Shown: positions 10,479-19,460 of the stretch, piece by piece
Layout of the letters: each line of letters begins with the position of its first letter
Numbering within the stretch: the stretch's first letter is position 1
IMG/VR virus record: IMGVR_UViG_3300035208_001228
Origin: an uncultured virus (IMG/VR IMGVR_UViG_3300035208_001228)
Lineage: Duplodnaviria > Heunggongvirae > Uroviricota > Caudoviricetes
Strand: one strand, 5' to 3'
DNA length: 33,198 nt
Program-made: the position numbers and the translations under genes
The notes under the pieces: model-generated
The model's database searches: none
Seen by the model: only the letters and a program-made list of their open reading frames with translations
What the model was told of the DNA's origin: nothing

Positions 10479-10504
10479 TTCTATCCCCCTTGCTGTTTGT
10501 TGGA

Positions 10505-10984
10505 TTAACTACGAGTAATGGTCGGGACGGTAGCGTTACACCTGCCGCTCAAGACGATGTTTGCATTCTCAAGGGTGAACGCTGATTTCTCACACCGGAA
10601 GTCCGGGAAGAAATATGTTTCTATGCGGCCAGCGGTCGCGCCGTATGCAGGCGTAAAGACAATCGTGACATTCACTGCATACGGCTCCCAGAGTTCGCCG
10701 GTGGACACCCAGCCTGCCGCAGCCCCGGTTTTGCTTACAGCTTCAACCGGACTAATGGCCTCGCCAGACGATGATCGCACGTATTCCCAACTGGCGTTAA
10801 TTTCAAGGTCCATTGGAACGTCGTCGCCTTCATGGACCGTGTCGATAACGCCACGGTTCAGGTCGTATTGCATCTGGCGCGTCGTATTCCACTTGGCAGT
10901 GCCGTCACCAAGTTTCACTGTCACTGTCGCGCCGACCGAACTGATGGTCAGCACACAGTCACGCAATCGAATTCGTTGTCCCAC
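10505..10984 (-). CDS. Tail tube protein paralog 2 (minimal, 159 aa)
   Basis: Colinear with both ends of the upstream tail protein (RIRLRDC; VKLGDG; WVSTG; ETYFFPDFR; PTITR). Confidence 0.7.
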   Translation of the reverse strand: MGQRIRLRDCVLTISSVGATVTVKLGDGTAKWNTTRQMQYDLNRGVIDTVHEGDDVPMDLEINASWEYVRSSSGEAISPVEAVSKTGAAAGWVSTGELWEPYAVNVTIVFTPAYGATAGRIETYFFPDFRCEKSAFTLENANIVLSGRCNATVPTITRS

Positions 10985-10999
10985 CGTCCGCCCCTTTCA

Positions 11000-12307
11000 T
11001 CAACCGCGAGTGATGGTCGGTTCAGTCACGAGGCACTTGCCGCTCGTCGCAATGCTTGCGTTCTTGATGTCGAACGACTCTTTCTCGTACCGGTACTCCG
11101 GGAACAGATACGTTTCCTTCTCGGCTGTGCCGCACTCCGGTTCGTGGACAATCTTCACGTCGATGGCGTACATCGCACACGCGCTACCCGTGGAGACCCA
11201 CTCGGCAGCACCGCCCACTTGGTCCATCGCGTCAGTCGGCGTCACGCTCTCATCGGTCCCTGTGCGCACGTGCTCCCACGTGGCGTTAAGATCGAAGTCG
11301 AGCGGGATGTCCTTGCCCTGCCGGACAGTGTCGAGACGGTCTCGATCCAGGTCGTACTTTATCTCACGGCTCTTGGACCACTTGGCCTCACCGTCGCCGA
11401 GTTTCACTTCCAACTCCTGCGGCTGGAACGTGAGAACTGCGCCACTGGCGTACGTACCCGCGCCCAGTGCGGGCGAAAACACAATCTGCGTCGTCGGGCC
11501 TGTGCTTGCCGGCGTGCGTGCCGTCACCACATGGACTGTATCCGCGTCGGTCTCCCCGGCCACCGTGAAGCGCGCGCCAACTGGAACCAAGGCCGGGACC
11601 GCCGCATTCAGAACCACGGAGGCAACGTCCATCACGGTATCGGTCACAACTGGAACCGCGCCTGCACCGCCCAACACCGTTTCCGTGACTGTGACCGTCT
11701 TAGTCTCACCCGTCAGGTTGGCTCCGTCGCCAGTCAGATCGGCGATATGCGCGGCGGCCAACGCGCCAACGAACTCGACAACCCATGCCTGGGCCGGGCC
11801 GATGACGGACACATTGTCCTCGCCGATCGTGCTCAAGCCTTCCAACGCGGACTTCACCTGGGCGGCGGTCGCGTTGTGGGGAATGGCGCTGGTCTCCTGC
11901 CCGGAGTACGTCAAGGTGAACGTTCCAGCAGACACACCGGCGTCGAGCGTAACGCTCTGTTTCTCATTCGTCTTCTTGGCACAGGCACCGGCTCCCGCCA
12001 GCCCATCCAAAAAATATAACGTACACGTTTGTTGCTGACGCTATTGCGCCGGATAGGTCATTTCTGCCTATCTCTGCATGTCGCCATGCAGTCCAGACTA
12101 TATCTTCATCCCCATTCATTGAGGAGCATCGCGTGTAGTCGTTGAGGCTCCCTTTCGGTTGCCTGCTGATTGGCCGCACCACGCAGATTGTCACGTTTTC
12201 ACGTACTGGTGGATACTCGGTGTTTCCAGCATATAGCGATGTTGTTTCAAAACACGTTACCGTGTTAAGGAGACTGCTTGTTAATCTCGTAGTTGAATTC
12301 TGGCCAC
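11000..12307 (-). CDS. Major tail tube protein paralog 1, spliced: join(12284..12307, 11000..12025), 349 aa, with an inserted NEKQ/NEVQ-type domain
   Basis: GGAGG-N8-GTG at 12307 gives MARIQLRD then TAA. Removing 12026-12283 gives MARIQLRDCTLYFLDG, matching the paralog N-terminus MGQRIRLRDCVLTISS. Confidence 0.85.
12026..12283 (-). ncRNA. Group I self-splicing intron, 258 nt, no internal ORF
   Basis: Exon ends in U and intron ends in G. P1 GAGAU/GUCUC with U-G at the splice site; P2 AACACG-GUAA-CGUGUU; P3 CAUCGC/GCGAUG; P AUGCUGGAAA; Q AAUCAGCAGG; R UCAACGACUACA; S AAGAUAUAGUCU; P9 UGCAUG-GCGA-CAUGCA. Confidence 0.93.
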
Positions 12308-12365
12308 GTTTGAAACCTCCGATAGACTTGTAGTTTTACCTACTGATTCGTACCCTTCCGGCCAC

Positions 12366-13101
12366 TTACTGGCCACTTACTGGCCACTTACCGGCTCTAT
12401 TCCACTTTTGGAACTGCGATCTTAATGTGCTGTAATTCACTCCCAGACCCCTAGCCGCGTCCTTCAAGCATCCGTACTCCACACCATTCACCTGAACCCC
12501 CTCTTTGCACGCACACTCCTCGCGCCACGGTGTGAATCGCGCATCCTCGCGCGGGTCTCAAGCGTGGGCTGATGTCCCCGGCGGGATAACCCAAGTTGGC
12601 GACCACGTTCTGTATAGTCACACGGGGCGTACGTCTTTGTCCCGTTATGAATTACACGCCGAACCGTTGCATAACACACTCCAAGAGACTGCATTGCCTC
12701 CTTCATCGAAACGTACTGGACACCATTGAACTCGCGTAACTGAAAACGCCGGTGTGGCTGTGCCATGTTGGCGCGTGACTTAGACGCGAGTTTCTTCCGT
12801 ACTTCGTCCGAGGGGTGAAACTGGCCCTCCCCACCGCCCGTAAGGTTGTAGCCGGCCCGTCCTTGTGTCTGTAATTCCGCAATCTTTACTCGTTCGAGGC
12901 CCAGCATCTCGCTGTCCGTACCACTCGCCATGACCTCAAATGTAAAGTTCTCGACTCCGTGTTTCTTGACGGCCCGCCACACCAATACGGAGCCTCTACC
13001 CCTGCAATGTTCCGCCCACCGGCTATCCGGGCGCGCCGTCACGCCGTCCCGCCGACGTACATCTTTCCATTGATCTGATTTGTGATGCAGTACAATACCA
13101 T
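12366..13101 (-). pseudogene. Free-standing GIY-YIG homing endonuclease with NUMOD-type DNA-binding repeats, frameshifted
   Basis: MVLYCITNQINGKMYVG (13101) continues in another frame as TARPDSRWAEH...KKHGVENFTFEV...GYNLTGGGEG after an 8-bp duplication. A second shift at a G5 run (~12497-12501) leads into VQVNGVEYGCLKDAARGLGVNYSTL. An 11-bp x3 repeat lies at the 3' end. Confidence 0.85.
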
Positions 13102-13105
13102 TGTG

Positions 13106-13603
13106 CTATTCCTGCCACGACATCGTGTAGCTGGCTGAAATCTCTTGCTGGTCCAACTTGACTGCTGGATCAACCTGTCCGAAGTTCCGAATAGCGACCG
13201 GGCGCTTCGGACGTGTTTCCAAACATCCAAGTTGGATTGGTTCACTGTCACGTCCCGCTACGTAGTCGCCCGTCTCTGACCCGTAGTTGAACACAGGGAT
13301 GGGTTCCGACATCGTCTCCGCGAACCGACCCGCGTATGTGATACTTGCGTAGGCGTTCTGCTCGCACGCCGGGTGCGTCATCAAGAGAACGTTCACGGCA
13401 ACCAACGCGGTGTAGTACCCTTTGCTGGTCTCGGTAATGTACGGCCCAGTGATCCGTATCTCGACTCGCTGGGGGGCTGCTTCAAACTCCTTAGTCCGTT
13501 CTTGCACCAACTCAACGCGCGCCACCAACGACAAATCATCGGCGGTCTCGGTCAACGTCTTTCCGATCGACGCCATGATCCAACGCGGCATAGAAGCATT
13601 CAT
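13106..13603 (-). CDS. Tail terminator / tail completion protein (putative), 165 aa
   Basis: Size and position between head closure and tail tube genes; ATGA coupling. Confidence 0.55.
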   Translation of the reverse strand: MNASMPRWIMASIGKTLTETADDLSLVARVELVQERTKEFEAAPQRVEIRITGPYITETSKGYYTALVAVNVLLMTHPACEQNAYASITYAGRFAETMSEPIPVFNYGSETGDYVAGRDSEPIQLGCLETRPKRPVAIRNFGQVDPAVKLDQQEISASYTMSWQE

Positions 13604-14052
13604 GGGGTGCCCTCCGAGTGAAAATGCACTCGTGCGTGCGCGTCCAGACTTTGCGTGGGTAGATCACCAGGCATTTCCTTGCCCGTTATGACCCAACCAT
13701 CGCCGCACTCAAACCCCTCAATCGTGGCCATTTGGTATTTCTTCCGGTCATAGACAATCCAATCGTCCACAGTAGGAACCAGACCCTTCGCATCCTTGCG
13801 GCTGATGACAAACTCACGGGTTCCGAAATCCGCAAGGTTCAAAAAATCAGTGTTCGCTGCACGTACCGTGATCTTGCTGCGGGACATTCGCGCCGGCATG
13901 ATTACGGCACGCGGAATGTGAAACCGCGTTGACGTAACCGTCTTTGCTCCAGTCGTCAGATCAACTGTTGATGTCCCAAGGTGGTACACATCGACAACGC
14001 CTCCGTAGTCGCGCTTCAAACAATACAGGACGAGTGGCGAAAGATTGGTCAT
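13600..14052 (-). CDS. Head closure / head-tail adaptor (putative), 150 aa
   Basis: VDLTTGAKT...DDWIVYDRKKYQM pattern typical of gpFII/SPP1 gp16-like proteins; position. Confidence 0.55.
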   Translation of the reverse strand: MTNLSPLVLYCLKRDYGGVVDVYHLGTSTVDLTTGAKTVTSTRFHIPRAVIMPARMSRSKITVRAANTDFLNLADFGTREFVISRKDAKGLVPTVDDWIVYDRKKYQMATIEGFECGDGWVITGKEMPGDLPTQSLDAHARVHFHSEGTP

Positions 14053-14372
14053 TGTCCTTGTCGATTCTCAGCGGCGTCTTGCAACAAACGATCCAACACG
14101 CACCGCTCCTCACGACTTTGCGTGAAGAGGCACTTGTCCATTACACGTTCCAGACGTGACATGGCTTCGGTGTTCGCAGCCACCACAGTTGCATACTCCT
14201 GTACCAGTGGCAGTATGATGTTCTTGTGGTCATCTTCCAGTTTCGTAACACGCCCTTGGAGAAGAGTCTCGCGCTTCCAGTCCCGCCACAGAAAGAAGGC
14301 GATGACAAGGAAGACGGGTCCGAGGATCGGGCCCGTTTGGCGCAGCATGGTGTAAAGGTCCGACAGGCCCAT
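14049..14372 (-). CDS. Small single-TM plus coiled-coil membrane protein (holin-like), 107 aa
   Basis: AAAGGA SD and ATG 14372. GPILGPVFLVIAFFLWRDWKRE hydrophobic helix followed by a coiled coil. Confidence 0.55.
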   Translation of the reverse strand: MGLSDLYTMLRQTGPILGPVFLVIAFFLWRDWKRETLLQGRVTKLEDDHKNIILPLVQEYATVVAANTEAMSRLERVMDKCLFTQSREERCVLDRLLQDAAENRQGQ

Positions 14373-14396
14373 CGGCGGAGTCCTTTCAAGAAAGGG

Positions 14397-14425
14397 CCAC
14401 CCGCCCGGCCGCGCCGGGCGGGTGG
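14397..14425 (-). terminator. Intrinsic terminator after the major capsid gene
   Basis: 13-bp perfect stem CCACCCGCCCGGC/GCCGGGCGGGTGG followed by CCCTTTCTT on the minus strand. Confidence 0.7.
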
Positions 14426-14440
14426 TATTCCAATTTCCTA

Positions 14441-15871
14441 TCAGCCAAGAAGCGGAACACAGAGAGCCGAGTCGAGCACCGCCACGCCGTATAGCATGTC
14501 GATGGCGACAGTGCGCCCGACGTTGATTACGTCCTGGATGGCAACACGGACAGAGAGTCCGGTGAGCGGGTCGGAAACCACCGCGCAGGCCATTCCCGCG
14601 CCAGCGACCGACGCCAATGGGCGCACAACCAAAGCTAATGCGTTGCGATGGAACGCCGGATTGATCGAGCCGTATGGGCCGGGACACGCCACAGTCGAAT
14701 CCTGGGTGATCGTCCGCTCCAAGGGCCTGTCCAACACTACCTCGCACGTCGAGCCTGAGTCAGTGGACTCAATGACGGTGTAGGTGTGCCGATTCGCGCC
14801 TGTGGAGGCGTCGCAGAAGGCCAGCAACTGTCCGACCTGGGGAGCCTTCCCAGTGGTGTAAGATTTCAGAACTATGCCCTCGCCCCACCCCGAGACTGCC
14901 GTAGTGCTGACCGAACAACTCTTGTACCGAGTCACCTTCGCGCCGGAGCCCGTTCCGTACTTCAGCGGCTCGCTGAGAGTCACCACATTGGTGTCCTTCG
15001 CTGTGACGTAGGTGGGCTGATCGTTGCCCACAACGACGCAATACTCACCAACCACAGTCGCTTCGATGCCAGTCACCGCCAGCGCATCAGCCTTCTCAGC
15101 GGCATACGCAGCGCCGGTCGTGAACGTTGCAGTGATGTCCCCGCCAACCAGGACGCTATTGACGTTCTGTGACAGGAACGTCTCGAAGTTCAGGATCGTG
15201 CCCAACTTCGCCGTGGTGATCGGCGAGGAGCCGTCACCACGCTCCATTGACTTCACGAACTTGTCGCAAAGCAACATCTGCGCCTTGGCGCTGGCGGACA
15301 GCAACAACGAGCGGCCGTCGTCGGGTGCCTTGTTCGTGTTCAGAATCTGGTCGAGTTCCACGACCGACTCATACGCATTGGCCGCCGTCAGACCAGACAA
15401 GTGTCCAGCACGTGTGGCATTGGTGGTGCCGAAGGACGCAGCCATGCGGCCGAGCACACTGCGATCCACGGTACGGGCTATCGACACCACGCGAGGCCGC
15501 AAGTAGACATTCACGAGGTCCGCGAACGCTTTGGACATCTCGCCCGGCTTGATCGTAAAACTCTGGTTCGCCCAACGATTCAGGATGACGGGGACATCGG
15601 TCGAACTCGTGGACTGGATCAGACCGGACGCGACAGTGTCGTCCGAACGCATCTTGATCTTGGACTCAGCCGGCCGACGGGTGTGGACCTGATCGCCGTA
15701 ATCGGCAAGGTCGGTCTCAAAATCGCGGTGAACCTTGTTGGCCACCAACATGTTCTCGTTCAGGATCGCCAGGGACTCCAACGCCCACTTCTCGGGGATG
15801 TAGCAATCGTTGTCGTAACAAGCCCACTGGACGGGAGCGAGGTATTTCTGCATCTTCATGTTCGCACTCAC
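14441..15871 (-). CDS. Major capsid protein, P22 coat (gp5)-like HK97 fold with an inserted beta-rich domain
   Basis: YIPEKWALESLAIL...VHRDFE...GDQVHTRRP, LNTNKAPDDGR, FETFLSQN, AFHRNALALVVRPL and IDMLYGVAVL motifs. Follows the scaffold gene. Start may be 15859. Confidence 0.9.
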   Translation of the reverse strand: MSANMKMQKYLAPVQWACYDNDCYIPEKWALESLAILNENMLVANKVHRDFETDLADYGDQVHTRRPAESKIKMRSDDTVASGLIQSTSSTDVPVILNRWANQSFTIKPGEMSKAFADLVNVYLRPRVVSIARTVDRSVLGRMAASFGTTNATRAGHLSGLTAANAYESVVELDQILNTNKAPDDGRSLLLSASAKAQMLLCDKFVKSMERGDGSSPITTAKLGTILNFETFLSQNVNSVLVGGDITATFTTGAAYAAEKADALAVTGIEATVVGEYCVVVGNDQPTYVTAKDTNVVTLSEPLKYGTGSGAKVTRYKSCSVSTTAVSGWGEGIVLKSYTTGKAPQVGQLLAFCDASTGANRHTYTVIESTDSGSTCEVVLDRPLERTITQDSTVACPGPYGSINPAFHRNALALVVRPLASVAGAGMACAVVSDPLTGLSVRVAIQDVINVGRTVAIDMLYGVAVLDSALCVPLLG

Positions 15872-15923
15872 TTCTGAAAAGGTTTACTTGGCCGCCTCAC
15901 CAAACAAGACGTGCCGCACGGAC

Positions 15924-16766
15924 TCAACGACCGTAGACTACTTGTGGACTCTTCTTGCGAAGTTCCATGTATGCGGCCGGATTCTTGGCCATCGCAACAT
16001 AGTCGATCAGCCCGGTATCGCCCGCTGGTTGCCCAGCGGTATTGGAGTCTCCTCCGACCCCGGAAACGACTGAGGACTTGAAGAGGTTCCCGTGTTGGGG
16101 AAGTTCACGCATACGTTTCATCGCGGCAGTCGGTGCCATCTGCGAAACGACAGGCTTCCCATCGACCACATCCTCAAAATCCACCACCACTTGGAATTCT
16201 CCGGTGTCCCCAAGCGGCACCAACTTCGCGTCACCGCGTAGCAATTTCACTAGCTGCGACGGGTCACAAGCATCATTCTTCGCCGCCGCATCCGTCAACT
16301 CACGTTTGATCGTTGACTCTTGGAATCGTCCCTTCCAATCGGCGACCTGTTGTTCGGCGGCATTCACTTTGGCCGACAACACCTCTTGAGTCTTCTTCAA
16401 CTCGCGTGCTGCAAACTCCTTCTCGCTGAGCAACTGCTTCTGGACACATGCCAGCGCCTCGTTCAACTGGTCGCGTTCCTGCTCGGTCAGACTTTTGCTG
16501 GCCAATAAGGCGTTGTACTGTGACTCTTGCTGTTGCAGCAGGGTCTTTTGAGCCGCCTTGTGTGCTGCCTCATTCTTCAGGCGATCTTTGGCCATGAACG
16601 CATTCACCTGCTCCTGCGTGAAACCGGCGGGTTTTGCAATCGGATCAGCGGCCGGCGGATCAGCGGCCGGCAGATCAGTGGCCGGCAGATCAGCTACTAC
16701 CACTGGTTCTCCGTCATAGCACGCCAACTTCGCCGCCGAAAGGTAGTTACTCAGGTTGCGCCGCAT
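15924..16766 (-). CDS. Capsid scaffolding protein, 280 aa
   Basis: FTQEQVN motif, long coiled coil, NLFKS-GxGG tail; AAGGA SD; directly upstream of the capsid gene. Confidence 0.85.
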   Translation of the reverse strand: MRRNLSNYLSAAKLACYDGEPVVVADLPATDLPAADPPAADPIAKPAGFTQEQVNAFMAKDRLKNEAAHKAAQKTLLQQQESQYNALLASKSLTEQERDQLNEALACVQKQLLSEKEFAARELKKTQEVLSAKVNAAEQQVADWKGRFQESTIKRELTDAAAKNDACDPSQLVKLLRGDAKLVPLGDTGEFQVVVDFEDVVDGKPVVSQMAPTAAMKRMRELPQHGNLFKSSVVSGVGGDSNTAGQPAGDTGLIDYVAMAKNPAAYMELRKKSPQVVYGR

Positions 16767-16851
16767 TAGACAATTCCTTCAAACTCCCGGATTGGTTTCG
16801 GTTCTTTTGTGCCCGGTAGCACCAAAGGCCGCCCAGTCAGAAAACTGGTAT

Positions 16852-16887
16852 TGTTGCAGTTTAGTAGCGGCTGCACCCGCTTCGCTT
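16852..16887 (-). promoter_or_regulatory. 36-nt pseudoknot-like leader upstream of the scaffold gene (copy 1; copy 2 at 26370-26405)
   Basis: AAGCGAAGCGGGTGCAGCCGCTACTAA(A/C)CTGCAACA, 35/36 identical between the two sites. Confidence 0.5.
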
Positions 16888-17428
16888 ACACACGAGTGAT
16901 TCGTAATTCTGTCGCGGGCCGCAAATAGGGTGACAGCAAGTTCCACGCGCTGACGGATGGAATTCCGTTGACGATGTGCGCCAGCGGCGTCATGTCTCGG
17001 TTGTACACTGTACCTACGGACGAGTAACGGTGGCTCGTCACCGAGAGGTTCTCCAACTCCAATTCTGGATCACGCCCATCAAGCAATGCGTAGGCGATAA
17101 GGTAGGCGGCCTGCTCAATGTCCGTAGGTACTGTAGTGTCGCCGTCGCGTGGGAACTCCAAGGCTTGGGCCCGATTCGCCGCACGCACGTCGGCACCCGG
17201 ATCGTTGTTGCTGCGGTCAGACTCGTCGGTCACTTGCGCGCCGTGGGTATCCACTGCATAGACGGATGCTTTGGTGCCTTTGAAACTCAGTCGGTCTATC
17301 GCGCGCGTCGCGTCTTTTAGCGCCTTGACTTTCGTCGCGTTATCCGCATCGGCCCAAACTGATGCGTGCAATCGCTCGTCAAAGAACTGGTCTGCCTTTT
17401 CCACGCTGCCGTAATAGGTCATCATCAT
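16886..17428 (-). CDS. Head completion / head-tail connector (DnaT-like family of phage neck proteins)
   Basis: YYGSVEKADQFF...W...KALKDATRAIDRLSFKG...QALEFPR...VPTDIEQAAYLIA motif series; GAGGA SD. Confidence 0.7.
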   Translation of the reverse strand: MMMTYYGSVEKADQFFDERLHASVWADADNATKVKALKDATRAIDRLSFKGTKASVYAVDTHGAQVTDESDRSNNDPGADVRAANRAQALEFPRDGDTTVPTDIEQAAYLIAYALLDGRDPELELENLSVTSHRYSSVGTVYNRDMTPLAHIVNGIPSVSAWNLLSPYLRPATELRITRV

Positions 17429-17433
17429 GTTCC

Positions 17434-19460
17434 TCAGACCGCGATCCATGCAAAATCACAGCCGGTCGAGGCGGTCGTCACATCAGTTGCAACTACCATC
17501 CCATCAGGATCACCTTTGCTCGTCTCCGTCACAATAACGGTCGCCGTGTTGCCCGGCGTTGTCTCAACGACACCGACAGTGAGCGTGTTGCCCGGCGTTG
17601 TCTCAACGACACCGACAGTGAGCGTGTTGCCCGGCGTTGTCTCAACGACACCGACAGTGAGCGTGTTGCCCGGCGTTGTCTCAACGACACCGACAGTGAG
17701 CGTGTTGCCCGGCGTTGTCTCAACGACACCGACAGTGAGCGCACTTCCTGTGCCCGTCTCGGTTACGCTGATAGTTGCAGGGTCGCCGACCAACAACGTG
17801 CCGTCCCCTGTCAATGTAGCCACCTCTTGGTGGCCCAGTGCCCCCGTAAATGTCACGATCCACCCCGACGGGTCTCCGGCGGTGACTTCAATATCACCGT
17901 GTCCGACGTTACTCAAACCCTCCAAGGCGTCCTGCACATCAACAGACGCGGCGTCCCAGGCGATGTTTGCGGTCGTTTGGCCGTCGAACGTCAGCGTGAA
18001 CGTCCCGTTCGTAACGCCGTTCAATACGACTGTCTGAACCGCGTCTGCACCTGCTTCGCCGGTGATGGCATCGACATCCTGATTGGCGAGCAGCCCGCCG
18101 AACGCTACCGTGTGCGGGCCATCGCCGGTCACGGCTACGTCGCCTGGCTCGACACCGTCGATCGCTTCGAGCGCGGCCTGCACGGCAGCACTGTCGGCGT
18201 CGTACGCAATCGGTGCCGTAGTATGCCCGTCGAACGTCAGCGTGAAGGTGTCCCCTGCAATGCCGCCGCTCAGCGTGATGGTTTGGACTTCGTTCGTGCC
18301 GCCCACGCCGGTGATGGCATCGACATCCTGATTGGCGAGCAGCCCGCCGAACGCTACCGTGTGCGGGCCGTCGCCGGTCACGGCTACGTCGCCTGGCTCG
18401 ACACCGTCGATCGCTTCGAGCGCGGCCTGCACGGCAGCACTGTCGGCGTCGTACGCAATCGGTGCCGTAGTATGCCCGTCGAACGTCAGCGTGAAGGTGT
18501 CCCCTGCAATGCCGCCGCTCAGCGTGATGGTTTGGACTTCGTTNNNNNNNNNNCGAGCGCGGCCTGCACGGCAGCACTGTCGGCGTCGTACGCAATCGGT
18601 GCCGTAGTATGCCCGTCGAACGTCAGCGTGAAGGTGTCCCCTGCAATGCCGCCGCTCAGCGTGATGGTTTGGACTTCGTTGGATACACAGACACCGCTAA
18701 TCGCATCTGCGTCTGTGCCCGCCAAAGCATTGATGAACTCGACGGTATAGCCAGTGCTTGTGGCCAGCACAATGACATTTTCACCAAGTTCAGCTTCCAA
18801 TACCGCTTGGACCTCAGCGGCCGTGGCACCATACGCCACCGGCTCAAGTTCGATGGCGCCGTAGGACAGGGTCAGCGTGTCATCGACAGCCCCGCCGGTG
18901 ATGACGATAGTTTGCAATTCATTGATGCACACGCCAATAAGCAGCGGTACGTCCGTTTTGGCTAGGTCATTAACAAACGTAACGGTGTACGGTCCACCCG
19001 CATTCCCCGCGACAGCGACGTTGCCGCTGCCAACCGTAACGAGACCACACAGTGCGGCTTCTACCGTTCCGGCTGCGGCGTTATACGCAAGTGTCGAAGT
19101 CGTAGCACCCTTGAACGTCAACGTGAACTTGCCACTGGAATTGAGCCCAGTCACAGTGACCAACTGGCTAGAATTGCCTATCGGCACAGCGGCAATGAAG
19201 ACAGTGTGTGGGTCGTCCACTTCAAGTTTGAAATACTCGTCGGCTGGCAACGGGAATCCGGTCGTGCTTGACACGTTTGCGTGCCCAACATACAAGACGC
19301 CCGTGTTATTTTTGTTGGCGTAAAGCGTGACGCCTTTGAACACCTTGGCTGGCGCGTAACCTTCAGCGACAATCGGCTTGGCCACGATGTCAACGTGATC
19401 CTGGCCTGTGTAAAACGTGGGCACAGCAGTCTGGAAGCAATCCATCGAAGCGACCCTCAT
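17434..19460 (-). CDS. Repeat-rich virion structural/decoration protein with tandem NEVQ-type ~83-aa domains; spans an assembly gap
   Basis: ORFs 18519..19460 and 17434..18432 read as one gene broken by 10 Ns at 18544-18553. Repeated NE(V/L)QTI...FTLTF-G-TT--IAYDA-AA-VQAALE units. Confidence 0.75.
17545..17739. repeat. Perfect 39-bp tandem repeat x5 (LTVGVVETTPGNT)
   Basis: CGTGTTGCCCGGCGTTGTCTCAACGACACCGACAGTGAG repeated five times without spacers. Confidence 0.97.
18057..18680. repeat. Near-identical 249-bp tandem repeat, at least 2.5 copies, collapsed at the N gap
   Basis: Units start at 18057 and 18306; a partial unit follows the Ns. Confidence 0.95.

Noticed and set aside
10518..12038. 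506-aa plus-strand ORF and other long plus-strand ORFs across 1-28600 (e.g. 17362..18750, 5837..6547)
   Set aside because: Antisense shadows of GC-rich minus-strand structural genes, with no recognisable motifs.
12281..12307. Stop-codon readthrough or alternative genetic code to explain MARIQLRD-stop
   Set aside because: Group I intron structure explains it, and TAA, TAG and TGA all end genes normally elsewhere.
17545..17739. 39-bp repeats as a CRISPR array
   Set aside because: Head-to-tail with no spacers, and in frame within a structural gene.
18519..18560. Frameshift or two genes at 18544
   Set aside because: The break coincides with a 10-N scaffold gap in a collapsed repeat.
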